64,000 bases of DNA from Phormidesmis sp. (GCA_965248535.1 CBDFJR010000005.1:1-64000), one strand, 5' to 3'; shown: positions 1 to 10,833, counted from the stretch's first letter. The notes: generated by a model from the letters alone, not told the origin. Made by a program: numbers and translations.

Positions 1-1
1 A

Positions 2-965
2 CACACAACGCCGCTCTTTATGGCAGGTGTGAGGCTAGTACCTGCCGGTGGCATGGTGTTGGGTGTGGGGATGCTCATGGGCAGACCCCAACCGAAGGGC
101 TGGGCAGCATGGCTGTGGATACTGCTCTTTGCGCTTGTGGATGGTACGCTCTTTCAAGGCTTTTTAGCAGAGGGTTTGGTCAGAACGGGGGCGGGTTTAG
201 GCTCGGTGATGATTGACTCGCAGCCGCTAGCAGTGGCGTTAATGGCGCTATGGCTGTTTGGTGAGCACATTGGGCTGTGGGGCTGGCTAGGGCTAGGGTT
301 GGGTGTCATTGGCATCAGTTTGTTGGGCTTGCCAGAGGAGTGGCTTTGGGGCATCTGGAACCAGCGATCGCTGCCTAATGGTCTACAGCTTGGTGCAAAT
401 TTGCTGCACGATCTGTTTCAGAATGGGGCAGTGGCTGATGTTGCTGGCAGCTTTGTCAATGGCTGTTGGCACGGTGCTGATGCGCTATGTCAGTCGTCAT
501 GCCGACCCTATCACTGCAACCGGGTGGCACATGCTTTTAGGTGGACTCCCGCTCTTTGCTCTGTCGTCGCAGTTTGAAGTTGATCAATGGGTGCATTTAG
601 ACGGCTCAAGCTGGGTGGCGCTGGGTTACTCCACTGTGTTTGGTAGCGCGATCGCCTACGGCTTGTTCTTCTACTTTGCGTCTAGCGGTAGCCTCACGAG
701 CCTCAGTTCGCTGACCTTTTTAACGCCGATCTTTGCCTTACTGTTTGGCAATCTGTTCCTGTCCGAACTGCTGAGTCCGCTTCAATGGTTTGGGGTAAGT
801 CTGACCCTGGTTAGCATTTACCTCATCAATCAGCGCGATCGTCTGGCTACCAGATTCAGTCGTCCTAACGTAGCTCAAGCCGTTGCTGATGCCCTGGCGG
901 AGTCAGAAAGTGGTGCGCTGGAAGAATTAGCAACTATCATCATGCCAGTGACGGAACCGGAATGA
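2..965 (+). CDS. DMT/EamA family transporter; 5'-truncated by window edge, +1 frameshift near 425-428
   Basis: Hydrophobic EamA-type motifs (QGFLAEGL..GLGSVMIDSQPL; YSTVFGSAIAYGLFF) split over ORFs 20-577 and 303-965; removing one G from AATGGGGCAG joins them. Confidence 0.85.
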
Positions 966-2053
966 AAGCGCCCTTAAACCGACCGTTACGGCTTTTACTG
1001 TTATCGACCTCAGTGGGATCGCTGGGTTCGGGCTTGGGTGGTGGTGTTGAACTGACGCTGCACAATATTGCTAAGACGCTGAGTGCGAGGCAACACACCG
1101 TCAAAATTGTGGCACCCGCTGGCTCGATGTGCGCTGCTGCCCCTGTGGTAGAAATTGAGGGGGTGTTGCAAACAACGGCACAGAGCGAAGGACGGGAGGC
1201 AGCGATCGCGATGCCTGCCAACGCCGTGTTAGCGAACATGTGGGTGTATGCGCGTCAGGTTCAAGACCAATACGATGTGCTGGTGAACTTTGCCTACGAT
1301 TGGCTACCGTTTTACTTAACGCCTTTTTTCGAGCGCCCGATCGCTCATTTAGTCAGCATGGGTTCGCTCACGAAGGCGATGGATGACGTAATCGGGCAGA
1401 CGATCGCGCAGTTTCCACACAGCATTGGGGTGCACAGTCGCGCCCAAGCAGACACCTTTGCGTTCGGTGCACAGTGCCGTGTGCTGGGCAACGGGTTTGA
1501 CCTGTCGCTCTATCACTTTTGTCCTCAACCAGAGCCTTGCCTGGCCTGGATTGGTCGCCTTGCACCTGAAAAAGGCTTGGAGGATGCCGTTGCAGCGGCT
1601 CAGATGACGCAAAGACCGCTCAAAATCTGGGGTGTGATGCAAGATCACGCCTACTGGCAGCAGATTCAGCAACGCTATCCCGACGCACCAATGACTTATG
1701 AGGGGTTTTTACCGACCAATCAACTCCAGGAGGCACTGGGCAAGTGTCAAGCCTTGGTGATGACGCCGCGCTGGGTCGAAGCCTTTGGGAATGTGGCGAT
1801 CGAAGCCCTTGCGTGTGGTGTCCCTGTCATTGCTTACCGTCGTGGTGGACCCGCCGAAATTGTACAGCATGGCAAGACGGGTTGGCTCGTGGAACCCGAC
1901 AATATTGCCGGACTGGTAGACGCGATCGCCCATTTGGACGAAATCGATCGTTATACCTGCCGACAGCAGGCAGAAGCAACTTATTCGTTAGCGGCAATGG
2001 GCGATCGTCTAGAACACTGGTTTGCCGCCATGCTGGCTCACACAGGGCATTGA
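962..2053 (+). CDS. Glycosyltransferase family 4 (GT-B)
   Basis: GGGVE N-terminal motif; GRLAPEKG and EAFGNVAIEALACGVPV motifs. Confidence 0.92.
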   Translation: MKAPLNRPLRLLLLSTSVGSLGSGLGGGVELTLHNIAKTLSARQHTVKIVAPAGSMCAAAPVVEIEGVLQTTAQSEGREAAIAMPANAVLANMWVYARQVQDQYDVLVNFAYDWLPFYLTPFFERPIAHLVSMGSLTKAMDDVIGQTIAQFPHSIGVHSRAQADTFAFGAQCRVLGNGFDLSLYHFCPQPEPCLAWIGRLAPEKGLEDAVAAAQMTQRPLKIWGVMQDHAYWQQIQQRYPDAPMTYEGFLPTNQLQEALGKCQALVMTPRWVEAFGNVAIEALACGVPVIAYRRGGPAEIVQHGKTGWLVEPDNIAGLVDAIAHLDEIDRYTCRQQAEATYSLAAMGDRLEHWFAAMLAHTGH

Positions 2054-2179
2054 TTCCGCCAAGCCTCCACAGAGCAACCATTGAGGTATTCAAAAGCACC
2101 CATCGTAATGCCGCTAGCAGTCTCGCAGCAGGTTACAGAGCCTCATTATGTGATTAAGATCACCAGCAAGGATGATCTT

Positions 2180-2296
2180 GATCGCATCAGTCAAACAGCG
2201 TGAAAGACATACTTTAGGGGACTCAACTTTAGCCGAGTCATCAACAGGGAACACACGACTGACCGACAGCTTTCTTTCGAGGACTGTCGGTTTTTT
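2180..2296 (+). ncRNA. Small RNA copy 1, PsrR1/SyR1-like
   Basis: 117 nt identical to 2343-2459; ends in hairpin ACCGACAG..CTGTCGGT plus U-run; GGGAACA...GACTGACCGAC resembles the PsrR1 3' core as I recall it; 5' end uncertain. Confidence 0.6.
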
Positions 2297-2342
2297 ATTC
2301 GTCAAAGCACATGTGATAAAGATCACACCACATGCTGATCTA

Positions 2343-2459
2343 GATCGCATCAGTCAAACAGCGTGAAAGACATACTTTAGGGGACTCAACTTTAGCCGAG
2401 TCATCAACAGGGAACACACGACTGACCGACAGCTTTCTTTCGAGGACTGTCGGTTTTTT
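2343..2459 (+). ncRNA. Small RNA copy 2, PsrR1/SyR1-like
   Basis: Exact tandem duplicate (period 163 nt) with its own intrinsic terminator. Confidence 0.6.
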
Positions 2460-2616
2460 GTTGGCAACTTGCTCGTTGACAGCAGAAACTTGCTGACAGC
2501 ACAGATGACGGTTAGCGCAGCTACCCGTAGTGAGTAGTTTACAGTGTGTGAGCATGAGGGCAAGGGGTATGTGACCCCCGATCTCTTATCTCTATCTGTC
2601 TGTATCGATATTGCAT

Positions 2617-3219
2617 TTAACGCATTGCACTCATCGTCTCTTTCCAGGATAACTCTTTACAAAGAATATTCAAAGCCCTTTGTTCATCTCCTTCAAAAAG
2701 GCGACTATCAATCAGTTCCGTCAAGACTTGTTGTGTGAGCTGCGCAGCGAACGTGCCGCCACAGCGCAGCAAATGGCTGTAATAGCAAAACTGAGGCTGT
2801 CCCTGCTGATTGCGGTGGAAGCGATGAATTTCTTCCTGTGTCATGGTTTCAACGGGGGTGTTGATTGGCACCACTACGCGAGGAATGCCATGCAAGCCAT
2901 AGGCAATTTCGTTCTGCCCTTCTAGTGTGCCAATTAAAACTGTCCACAGCAAGGTGCGAGTTTCACTAATGAGATCAGGCGCAAAGACCGGATCGGGTTC
3001 GCTCGACAAGCGCGGTCCCATATTGAGAAACATGGGGTTGAATAATTGCGTATTGTAGACAAGCCCGACTGCCCAATGGCGATCGCCCCCATCCAACCGC
3101 ACAAAGCAGCCAAAGCCATAATCATCCGGCTGCGGTGAATTGTTGCGGCTGCGTTCATCATCAAGTTCCACAATATAGTCGCAGTGCGAATTCGATTTGA
3201 CGACTTTGCCTAAACGCAT
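2617..3219 (-). CDS. Conserved cyanobacterial hypothetical protein, HAS-barrel-like
   Basis: 200-aa ORF starting MRLGKVVKSNSHCDY, resembling HAS-barrel proteins. Confidence 0.65.
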   Translation of the reverse strand: MRLGKVVKSNSHCDYIVELDDERSRNNSPQPDDYGFGCFVRLDGGDRHWAVGLVYNTQLFNPMFLNMGPRLSSEPDPVFAPDLISETRTLLWTVLIGTLEGQNEIAYGLHGIPRVVVPINTPVETMTQEEIHRFHRNQQGQPQFCYYSHLLRCGGTFAAQLTQQVLTELIDSRLFEGDEQRALNILCKELSWKETMSAMR

Positions 3220-3531
3220 AATGAATCCTTCTTGAGCGAGTGATCACAGCCTTCTTACTAAGCATAGGCATGAACCGCAAAAGTGAAACATTTGTACCGC
3301 AAGTGGCGAGGTTCCAGGAACGTTACTACAGAGAAGCCTCATAGAATGCAGCTCTACTGCCATGTCTTTGTCGCCTCGCGCTGTCGCCTGGTCACAGACC
3401 TGTACAATGAACCCGTACTTCAGCAAATATAGACATTACAGTTGCGGCAAGCGGTGTGTATTGCAGTTGGAGCGATCGCGTTTAGAGCAATCTCAATTGG
3501 AGCGATCGTAGAGGCAACCCGACTCAGGTTC

Positions 3532-3549
3532 GTTACATTTACTTACACT
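3532..3549 (+). promoter_or_regulatory. HLR1-like (RpaB) direct repeat upstream of cpcB
   Basis: GTTACATT-TA-CTTACACT; 10-nt period, second half imperfect. Confidence 0.45.
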
Positions 3550-4022
3550 TTAGCTCAGAATGCTGTTCACCAGTGCTTCCTCATTGTGCTAGTGGCAGCT
3601 TGTTAAAGAGTCGTTTCAAGTACATCGTCTGTAAAATTGACATTTAGTGTGTTACTGGCAACTCTGGCTACAAAATCAATAGGGTGCCGATGAAGGACGG
3701 CTTTCAGACCCAAAAGCCGCCTTTATAATTTGTAATAAATAACGATTCAACGACATAGTATAAACAAAGAAGTTGGAAAACTTGCAAGAGCCTGTAGGTG
3801 CAAATTGATTGATCAGCTACAGGCTCCAAGTGATGCAACTGTTAGGAAATGTAAAGTTTCCTGAGTTTCTCATCTGCAAGCGCAAGAAACCTTTTATCGG
3901 TCATTGATCCCTTGGCTAACTTTGCCTGCTCAAGCTGCGCGGGCAGATGGGCTGCCAAGCTTAACCGGATCGGTGATGACCAAAACCATGCTTGAACTAA
4001 ACACATTAGGAGATTGAAGTTT

Positions 4023-4541
4023 ATGTTGGACGCATTTGCAAAAGTCGTCTCCCAAGCCGATACTCGCGGTGATTACATCAGCGACGCTCAAATTGATGCC
4101 TTGAAAGCGATGGTTGCCGACGGCACCAAGCGGATGGATGCGGTCAACCGAATCACCAGCAACTCCTCGACGATCGTCGCCAATGCGGCACGCGCGCTGT
4201 TTGCCGAACAGCCTCAGCTCATTGCGCCCGGTGGCAACGCGTACACCAACCGTCGCATGGCAGCGTGCTTGCGCGACATGGAAATCATCTTGCGCTACGT
4301 CACCTACGCGGCGTTTGCGGGTGATGCGAGCGTGTTGGATGACCGTTGCTTGAACGGCTTGCGCGAAACCTACCTGGCGCTAGGCGTGCCCGGTGGTTCG
4401 GTGGCTGCGGGTGTGAACAAGATGAAAGAAGCGGCTTTAGCGCTAGCGAACGACCCCAACGGTGTCACCAAAGGCGACTGTAGCGCTTTGATGTCGGAAT
4501 TGAGCAGCTACTTTGACCGTGCGGCAGCGGCGGTCGGCTAA
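4023..4541 (+). CDS. cpcB: C-phycocyanin beta subunit
   Basis: [30 protein letters not shown] and GDCSALMSE chromophore motifs. Confidence 0.98.
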   Translation: MLDAFAKVVSQADTRGDYISDAQIDALKAMVADGTKRMDAVNRITSNSSTIVANAARALFAEQPQLIAPGGNAYTNRRMAACLRDMEIILRYVTYAAFAGDASVLDDRCLNGLRETYLALGVPGGSVAAGVNKMKEAALALANDPNGVTKGDCSALMSELSSYFDRAAAAVG

Positions 4542-4626
4542 GACGTGAGCATCTGACAGCGCGGTGCTGTTGCCGTTCTTATCACCCTTGTTCATTTTTT
4601 TGCACACCTAACTCAGGACGATTGAC

Positions 4627-5115
4627 ATGAAAACACCTTTAACCGAAGCCGTCGCGACCGCCGATTCGCAAGGACGCTTTCTCAGCTCGACCGAAATGCA
4701 AGTGGCGTTTGGTCGCTTTCGGCAAGCGACTGCGAGTCTGGATGCTGCGAAAGGTTTGAGTTCGAAAGCACAAAGCTTAGCCGATGGTGCCGCGAATGCG
4801 GTGTATCAGAAGTTTCCCTACACGACGCAAATGCAGGGACACAACTACGCGTCGTCTGCGACTGGTAAAGCGAAGTGCGTGCGTGACATCGGCTACTACA
4901 TTCGCATGATCACCTATTGTTTGGTCGCTGGCAGCACCGGACCGATGGATGACTATTTGATTGGTGGGTTGGCTGAAATCAACCGCACTTTTGACTTGTC
5001 GCCCAGTTGGTATGTCGAAGCGCTCAAGCACATCAAAGCGAATCATGGTTTGAGTGGCGACCCAGCAGTGGAAGCCAATTCCTACATTGACTATGCCATC
5101 AACGCCTTGAGCTAG
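4627..5115 (+). CDS. cpcA: C-phycocyanin alpha subunit
   Basis: [32 protein letters not shown]. Confidence 0.98.
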   Translation: MKTPLTEAVATADSQGRFLSSTEMQVAFGRFRQATASLDAAKGLSSKAQSLADGAANAVYQKFPYTTQMQGHNYASSATGKAKCVRDIGYYIRMITYCLVAGSTGPMDDYLIGGLAEINRTFDLSPSWYVEALKHIKANHGLSGDPAVEANSYIDYAINALS

Positions 5116-5127
5116 TCACTTCACCGT

Positions 5128-5185
5128 TGCCCGGAGGAGTGAACGATGACCAACTAACGTTGAGTCTTGTTGATTCCTCCGGGCA
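5128..5185 (+). terminator. Stem-loop after cpcA (terminator or mRNA stabiliser)
   Basis: TGCCCGGAGGA ... TCCTCCGGGCA inverted repeat followed by a T-rich tract. Confidence 0.6.
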
Positions 5186-5390
5186 TTGTTTTGGCATCTT
5201 TGCAGCGGCATCAGGCAAAACCGATCGCCCGCTTGAATAGTCTTGAATAATAAAGTTACGTTTCTTATCGCGATCGCCTCCTTAAGTAGAGTGATGCAAC
5301 GCGTCGAGTGAGAATGTAGGTGGATTGACTCATCGCTTGCACCATGAGCACTCATGACCAACCCCTTCAATTCCCCTTCATCTTTGGTCT

Positions 5391-6092
5391 ATGACTGACC
5401 TTTCTATCCTCATTCGCGCTGTAGAAGAAGCAGACTCTGCCAGTTTGCTGACCAAAGCGGTGGAAAATCTGGCAGCAACGGGTTTAGCAGAGGCTGTACC
5501 GACGTTGACGACTGCTTTGGGCTATAACAATCCAGGAGCTGCCGTAGCAGCGGTGGATGGTTTAGTGAAAATTGGACAAGCCGCTGTGCCCGCTCTGCTT
5601 GAGCAACTCGATCAACACAACTATACGGCTCGATCGTGGACGATTCGTGCGTTAGCTGGCATTGGCGATCCAAGGGGCTTGGTGACGTTGTTAGGAGGGG
5701 CAACTGCCGACTTTTCTCCTAGCGTCCGTCGTGCTGCTGCGCATGGCTTAGGGGTGATGAAGTGGCAATGGTTTCCGGCTGACCTCTTGGAAATTGCTCA
5801 GGCAGAAGCGTTAGAGGCGTTGCTGTTTGTGACGCAGCAGGATGACGAATGGGTTGTGCGGTATGCAGCGGTTGTTGGCTTACAGGCGCTAACAGCGGCA
5901 CTCACTGAAACATACCCAGAGTGGCGATCGCAGATTCAAGCCCAGTTTGAGCAGATGGCGATCGGTGATCAGAGTTGGGCAGTACGTGCCCGCGTCTCTC
6001 TGGCGCAACAGCAGATCCAGGCAATGACTAGGTGCATGGCCTCAACCAAGGTTTGCTCAATTTCTGCACCAGAAAAATCGGGCGTTTCGTAG
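5391..6092 (+). CDS. cpcF: Phycocyanobilin lyase subunit CpcF (HEAT repeats); C-terminus runs into antisense ycf46
   Basis: LIRAVEEADS, LGYNNPGAAVAAVDGL, DFSPSVRRAAA, EWVVRYAAVVGL motifs. Confidence 0.85.
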   Translation: MTDLSILIRAVEEADSASLLTKAVENLAATGLAEAVPTLTTALGYNNPGAAVAAVDGLVKIGQAAVPALLEQLDQHNYTARSWTIRALAGIGDPRGLVTLLGGATADFSPSVRRAAAHGLGVMKWQWFPADLLEIAQAEALEALLFVTQQDDEWVVRYAAVVGLQALTAALTETYPEWRSQIQAQFEQMAIGDQSWAVRARVSLAQQQIQAMTRCMASTKVCSISAPEKSGVS

Positions 6093-7357
6093 GCAAGGCG
6101 TTCTAGATCATATTGCTTGATGTTGTGAGGACGCAGACGCGACAAGTGCACCGCAAAAATGGCGCGTCGCTCCTCTTGGGTGGGCAGACCCACAAAAAAG
6201 ATTTCGTCAAATCGCCCCTTACGCAGCATCTCAGCAGGCAATGACTGAATATTATTGGCCGTGGCCACGACAAACACCGGAGACTTCTTTTCGGCTAGCC
6301 AGGTGATGAATGTGCCAAAGACGCGGCTGGTCGTTCCGGCATCGCCTCGACTGTCTAAGCCAGCAAAGGCTTTGTCAATCTCATCAATCCACAAAATGCA
6401 GGGGGCCAGCGCCTCTGATAGCTGGATCATCTGCCGCGTCCGAGATTCTGACTCGCCGACTAAGCCTGCAAACAAACGACCGACATCCAGCCTGAGTAAA
6501 GGAAGATGCCAATGGTGGGCGATCGCTTTAGCCGTTAGAGATTTGCCTGTGCCCTGAATGCCGACTAAGAGCAGTCCTCTGGGATGGGGCAGCCCATATT
6601 GCCGCGCTCGTTCTGAAAAAGAGCCGCCGCGCCGAAACAGCCAGTCCTTGAGATTGTCCAGCCCGCCGATGTCAGAAATATTCTCAGTCGCCGGATAAAA
6701 ATCTAGAATTTGGGTCTGGCGAATCGTTTGCCGCTTTTCTTCAAGAATTAAATCAACATCGTCGGGCTGTAGCTCACCGTGCAGCGCAATCGCTCGGGCC
6801 AAAACTCGTCGTATCCGCTCAGTGGATAAGCCTTGGCACGATCGCACTAATTCATCTAAGGTTTTGCCCTCCAATCGTTGCCCGGTTGCACTCAACAGCC
6901 GTTCAATCTCAGTCTTGATCTCAGCCGCGTTAGGCAGCGGAAACTCCAGCACGGTCAGCACTTCGGTCAAGTCGTCGGGGATCGAAATCTGAGGAGACAG
7001 CAAAACCAGATTTTTGGGCTGGGATTTGAGCAGCCGCGCTAAATTGCGGAGTTTACGGGACACTGAGATGTCATCTAGAAATCGATGAAAATCTCGCAGC
7101 ACAAAGATCGCAGCCGCGCTAGCAGGCAATTTTTCGACCAGATCTAACGCTTGGAGCGGGTTGCGCTTTCCAAAACCGACATCGTTGGGATTGCCTTGAT
7201 AGCCATCGACAAAATCCCAAATATAGACGGCGCGATCGCCCTGACTTTTAGCACACTGCACGATCGTAGCTTCAACCCGCTCTTCTTCGCGAGTCGGAAT
7301 GTAGATAATGGGGTAGCGCGCTCTTAGCAGTAGATTAAATTCGTCGCTGAAGCTCAT
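5969..7357 (-). CDS. Ycf46-family AAA ATPase, C-terminally truncated
   Basis: Walker A GIQGTGKS, Walker B ILWIDE, RKGRFDE; family-like sequence stops after EAMHL. Confidence 0.9.
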   Translation of the reverse strand: MSFSDEFNLLLRARYPIIYIPTREEERVEATIVQCAKSQGDRAVYIWDFVDGYQGNPNDVGFGKRNPLQALDLVEKLPASAAAIFVLRDFHRFLDDISVSRKLRNLARLLKSQPKNLVLLSPQISIPDDLTEVLTVLEFPLPNAAEIKTEIERLLSATGQRLEGKTLDELVRSCQGLSTERIRRVLARAIALHGELQPDDVDLILEEKRQTIRQTQILDFYPATENISDIGGLDNLKDWLFRRGGSFSERARQYGLPHPRGLLLVGIQGTGKSLTAKAIAHHWHLPLLRLDVGRLFAGLVGESESRTRQMIQLSEALAPCILWIDEIDKAFAGLDSRGDAGTTSRVFGTFITWLAEKKSPVFVVATANNIQSLPAEMLRKGRFDEIFFVGLPTQEERRAIFAVHLSRLRPHNIKQYDLERLAYETPDFSGAEIEQTLVEAMHLVIAWICCCARETRARTAQL

Positions 7358-7443
7358 GGCGAAGGAGGGGCAAAGGAGCAGACATCAAGCGATAAGCGTC
7401 TCTTTCTAACCCTACACTATGCGCTGTTGTCTACAAGCCCTCT

Positions 7444-7947
7444 CTATGACGGAAGCTGACCTTTGAGCGCTTCTAACGAAGCCCAGCGGCGATCGCTGCC
7501 AGGATTCAACACTGCGTCTGAAACCTTTATGCCCGTACAGTGCTGATCGCACAACTGCTTCTGAGGAATTGCCAAACAGACCTGCTCATAGAGCCAAGCC
7601 GTTGGTTCAAAGTTGCCATCGGGCGGCAAGCTCTCTACTAAGTCATCAACCGAGAGATCTTGGTCAAACGGCAGGTTTCCTGAATCATCTTCATGATTAG
7701 CCAGCCAGATCAACTCAGAGGCGGTAACCGACAGACGATGATTGAACTGTTGCAGACAGCGATGACAACTCAGGGTCACGATCGCATCTGCCTGAGCCGA
7801 AACCTCAAGATAACTCCCCTGGTGAGTCACCTTGAGACGGCCCTGCACAGGAGTCAGAGTCTGAATGCCTTGAAGATTTTCTTTAAACTCGATCGTTTGA
7901 GTGCGCTCGTGCGCCTGAGCCAGTTGTGGAATGTAAAGTGCTTTCAT
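7444..7947 (-). CDS. YceD/DUF177 family protein
   Basis: CHRCLQ and CDQHCTG Cys pairs, DRRWASLEAL C-terminus; synteny with yidC/jag. Confidence 0.88.
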   Translation of the reverse strand: MKALYIPQLAQAHERTQTIEFKENLQGIQTLTPVQGRLKVTHQGSYLEVSAQADAIVTLSCHRCLQQFNHRLSVTASELIWLANHEDDSGNLPFDQDLSVDDLVESLPPDGNFEPTAWLYEQVCLAIPQKQLCDQHCTGIKVSDAVLNPGSDRRWASLEALKGQLPS

Positions 7948-8026
7948 AGCTGGGAGCAACCCTCCTAAAACCTGAGAAGCCCGTACAGTTTCCAGTACAG
8001 GCACTCTTGATGTTTACTTTAGCAAT

Positions 8027-8536
8027 TTAGGCAGACGGTTCATCTGGCTTTGCGGGCTGAACGACCAAGCGGCGATCGGGTTCTTGCCCTCGACTATAGG
8101 TGCTCAGATCGCCACTGTCTTTGAGAATGGTGTGAATCTGTCGCCGCTCGGCTGAAGAGAGTGACTTGATTTCATACTCTTTGCCCGATTGCCGAACTTG
8201 CTCGGCCGCCTGTTCTGCGATTTCTAGAAGCTCTTGCTGGCGGCGTTGACGATAGCCCGCTAGCTCGATCGTGTAAGCGCCCTGCTGGTCGTCTTGTTTG
8301 CCCAGATTGAGCGTAGAGTTGGCTAGATATTGAATCGAGTCTAGGGCGGCTCCTTGAGTGCCGATCAGTGCTTCTATCTGATCTGGCGTTAAAGCAGAGT
8401 CCGCGATCGTCAGCCAGCAACTCGTCTCAGAAAAGGTGTCCCTCATTTCAGCCGTGACAGGTGCAGACAAATTTGCCAGCTTTAAAAATTCCTCTAGCCA
8501 CTGCTGACCTCGTTGCTCAAAGGGACGATCGCTCAT
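8027..8536 (-). CDS. Jag/EloR-like KH-R3H RNA-binding protein
   Basis: LIGTQGAALDSIQYL (KH), SSAERRQIH (R3H), SRGQEPDRRLVV. Confidence 0.9.
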   Translation of the reverse strand: MSDRPFEQRGQQWLEEFLKLANLSAPVTAEMRDTFSETSCWLTIADSALTPDQIEALIGTQGAALDSIQYLANSTLNLGKQDDQQGAYTIELAGYRQRRQQELLEIAEQAAEQVRQSGKEYEIKSLSSAERRQIHTILKDSGDLSTYSRGQEPDRRLVVQPAKPDEPSA

Positions 8537-8545
8537 GGTGTCTTT

Positions 8546-9688
8546 CTAAGCCTTCTTTTTGCGACCGGGTTCAAAGGGTAGGGTAGTATCTTCAGCTTTT
8601 GCGTCTCCAGTTTTGGCCGCTTCAGCATCGACGATCTTTTGCAGATTTTCGGGCAGCGGCTCTCTCGACAAAAAGAAGGTCTGAGCCGTTTGGAAAATGT
8701 TGCCAATGACCATATACATCAACACGCCAGCAGGCAGAGGAAAGAACAAGAACATCCCAGAGAAAATCACTGGCGTAATCTTATTCACCGTATCTTGCTG
8801 GGGGTTGCCGCTAGAACCACTTTGCCCAGAGAGCAGTTGGTTAATATAGAGACTGATGCCAAAGAAGATCACCATGCCGATGATGTCCCAGTGCAGGGCC
8901 CCATCGGGATCGATCGCCCCCACTCGCCCCAAGGCATCAATAAACAGAAACCCTTTGTTGGCGGCCAACCCAGGAACAATTGCCTGAAGGGTAACATCTC
9001 CGGGCTGAAGGGCTTCGATCGTGCCGTCGTCTTTAATCTGAATCCGTTCGGCCCCGCTCACGACTTTGAATTTAGGAGTCAAGTCGCTGTCAGGGTATTC
9101 CGTCGCCAGAGCGTCAAAGGGCTTTCCCTCAACGGTTTGAAACTCAATTTTGGTTTTCTCACCTACCGCGAGACGAGTGCCACTCGGTGCAACGGCTGCG
9201 ATTTTGGTGTGAACGCTGTCAGACAAATAAATGTTTTGAGGCGGCGTTACAAAAGCTTGGGGCTGAACTTGCTCAATCTGCTCTTTGGGCAAAATCTGCA
9301 AGTTCACCGAGTAAGGCACATCTGAAAAGGGTGACCCGCGCAGTGTCGCAAACAGCGCAAACAGCACTGGCATTTGCATCACCACGGGCAAGCACCCTGC
9401 TAGTGGATTGCCAAACTCCTTATAAACCGCGCTCATCTCTTGCTGCTGCTTGGCGGGGTCGTCTTTGTAGCGCTCTTGAATTTCTTTGACCCGTTTCTGC
9501 ATTGCGGGTTGAGATACCTTCATGCGGCGCATACTGCGAATAGAGCCAGCGCTGAGTGGGTAAAGCGCAAAGCGAATTACCAAGGTCAGTGCCACGATCG
9601 CCAAACCGTAGCTAGGCACGATTCCATAGAAGAAATCGATGATCGGCAGCATTACGTTGTTGGAAAGAAAGCTTATACCGAAGTCCAT
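8546..9688 (-). CDS. yidC: Membrane protein insertase YidC
   Basis: [33 protein letters not shown]. Confidence 0.97.
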   Translation of the reverse strand: MDFGISFLSNNVMLPIIDFFYGIVPSYGLAIVALTLVIRFALYPLSAGSIRSMRRMKVSQPAMQKRVKEIQERYKDDPAKQQQEMSAVYKEFGNPLAGCLPVVMQMPVLFALFATLRGSPFSDVPYSVNLQILPKEQIEQVQPQAFVTPPQNIYLSDSVHTKIAAVAPSGTRLAVGEKTKIEFQTVEGKPFDALATEYPDSDLTPKFKVVSGAERIQIKDDGTIEALQPGDVTLQAIVPGLAANKGFLFIDALGRVGAIDPDGALHWDIIGMVIFFGISLYINQLLSGQSGSSGNPQQDTVNKITPVIFSGMFLFFPLPAGVLMYMVIGNIFQTAQTFFLSREPLPENLQKIVDAEAAKTGDAKAEDTTLPFEPGRKKKA

Positions 9689-9851
9689 TCGCCTTACGTC
9701 TCTACCTAGAAGTCTGAGTTTGCTGAATTAGTTTGTTTGTCAAGCGCACCGCTTTGAGTGGGCAGCCTGACAGAACAAGTCCCAGTGTAGCCTGTAGTTT
9801 GATCGTTAAACGATCGAGAACTTTGCTAGAAGGGTGGGATAACCGAATGGC

Positions 9852-10250
9852 TCAACCCTGTGTTCCTAGCGCACCGCTGGCTTTTTTGGCTCGCTCAGAG
9901 AGCCGCTCATTGATGAAGTCATAGAGTTCTCTAAATTTGGGAACTGAACGCATCTCAATGCGGCTGCCGTCGCGCAGGGTGAGCACCATGTCTCCCCACA
10001 TGCCAAGCCCACGGGGAACCGTGACCACTTTTGTGATGTCGGAGTAGATGATTTCGACGCGATCGCGCCCCATCCAACCGCCCGTCACCCCGATCCGCCG
10101 ATCAGTAATACGATAGCGAAGCCAGAGCGCCCGGACAAAGGCTCCGATCGTCAACGGCAAACAGATCACCGTCGGTGCCAGAAGTACGCCAATAATTAGA
10201 TCCCCAATGTGGGGCCCGCCTTCATAATAGACTTCTTCTTTAATGGCCAT
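9852..10250 (-). CDS. Bacterial PH-domain membrane protein
   Basis: LRYRITDRRI motif; conserved position between rnpA and yidC in cyanobacteria. Confidence 0.85.
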   Translation of the reverse strand: MAIKEEVYYEGGPHIGDLIIGVLLAPTVICLPLTIGAFVRALWLRYRITDRRIGVTGGWMGRDRVEIIYSDITKVVTVPRGLGMWGDMVLTLRDGSRIEMRSVPKFRELYDFINERLSERAKKASGALGTQG

Positions 10251-10656
10251 TTAATACCTCAGCGTCTAGCAATAACTGCTCTAATTCTTGCAGAAATTGA
10301 AAATAATCGCACTCTACAGCTTGAGGTCGCACGATAATCACGAGTTTCCAACCAGCGGTGAGGCGAGGTAAGAGGTGTCGCAATGCCGCCCGAATTTGTC
10401 GCTTAATGCGATTGCGAACGACTGCACGCTTACTCACTTTCAAACTGATCGAAATGCCGATCTGAGAAGGAGCCTGGGAGTTTAGCTCTAAGAGTCCCTC
10501 CGGCGCGCGAGACTTTTTGGCAAAAATCTTTGAACTGTGCAAGGCTCTCAGCGTCAAATTGGCTGAGTTGCGACGCAGCCCCTGCTGGTAGACCCGGCTA
10601 AAATCTTTTCGATGCTTTAGTCGATTGGGTTTTGACAGTGCCAAAGCAAACCTCAC
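10240..10656 (-). CDS. rnpA: Ribonuclease P protein component
   Basis: NRLK..DF and KVSKRAVVRNRIKR (RNR motif); exact start uncertain. Confidence 0.95.
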   Translation of the reverse strand: MRFALALSKPNRLKHRKDFSRVYQQGLRRNSANLTLRALHSSKIFAKKSRAPEGLLELNSQAPSQIGISISLKVSKRAVVRNRIKRQIRAALRHLLPRLTAGWKLVIIVRPQAVECDYFQFLQELEQLLLDAEVLNGH

Positions 10657-10689
10657 CTGGCACGATCGCCGCTAGACCGCTCAAGCTTT

Positions 10690-10833
10690 TTAGCCTGAAA
10701 CGGTTAACCGAGCGCGTCCTTTCTTACGACGAGCAGTGATCACTCTGCGCCCGGTTGCCGTCCGCATCCGAGCGCGAAAGCCAGACTTTCTTCGTCTTTT
10801 ACGGCTGGTTCCTTCTAAAGTTCGCTTGGTCAT
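10690..10833 (-). CDS. rpmH: 50S ribosomal protein L34
   Basis: [32 protein letters not shown], 47 aa. Confidence 0.97.
   Translation of the reverse strand: MTKRTLEGTSRKRRRKSGFRARMRTATGRRVITARRKKGRARLTVSG

Noticed and set aside
2148..2459. CRISPR array or coding repeat
   Set aside because: Only two long units with no repeat-spacer pattern and no cas genes; the duplicated short ORFs are by-products of the repeat
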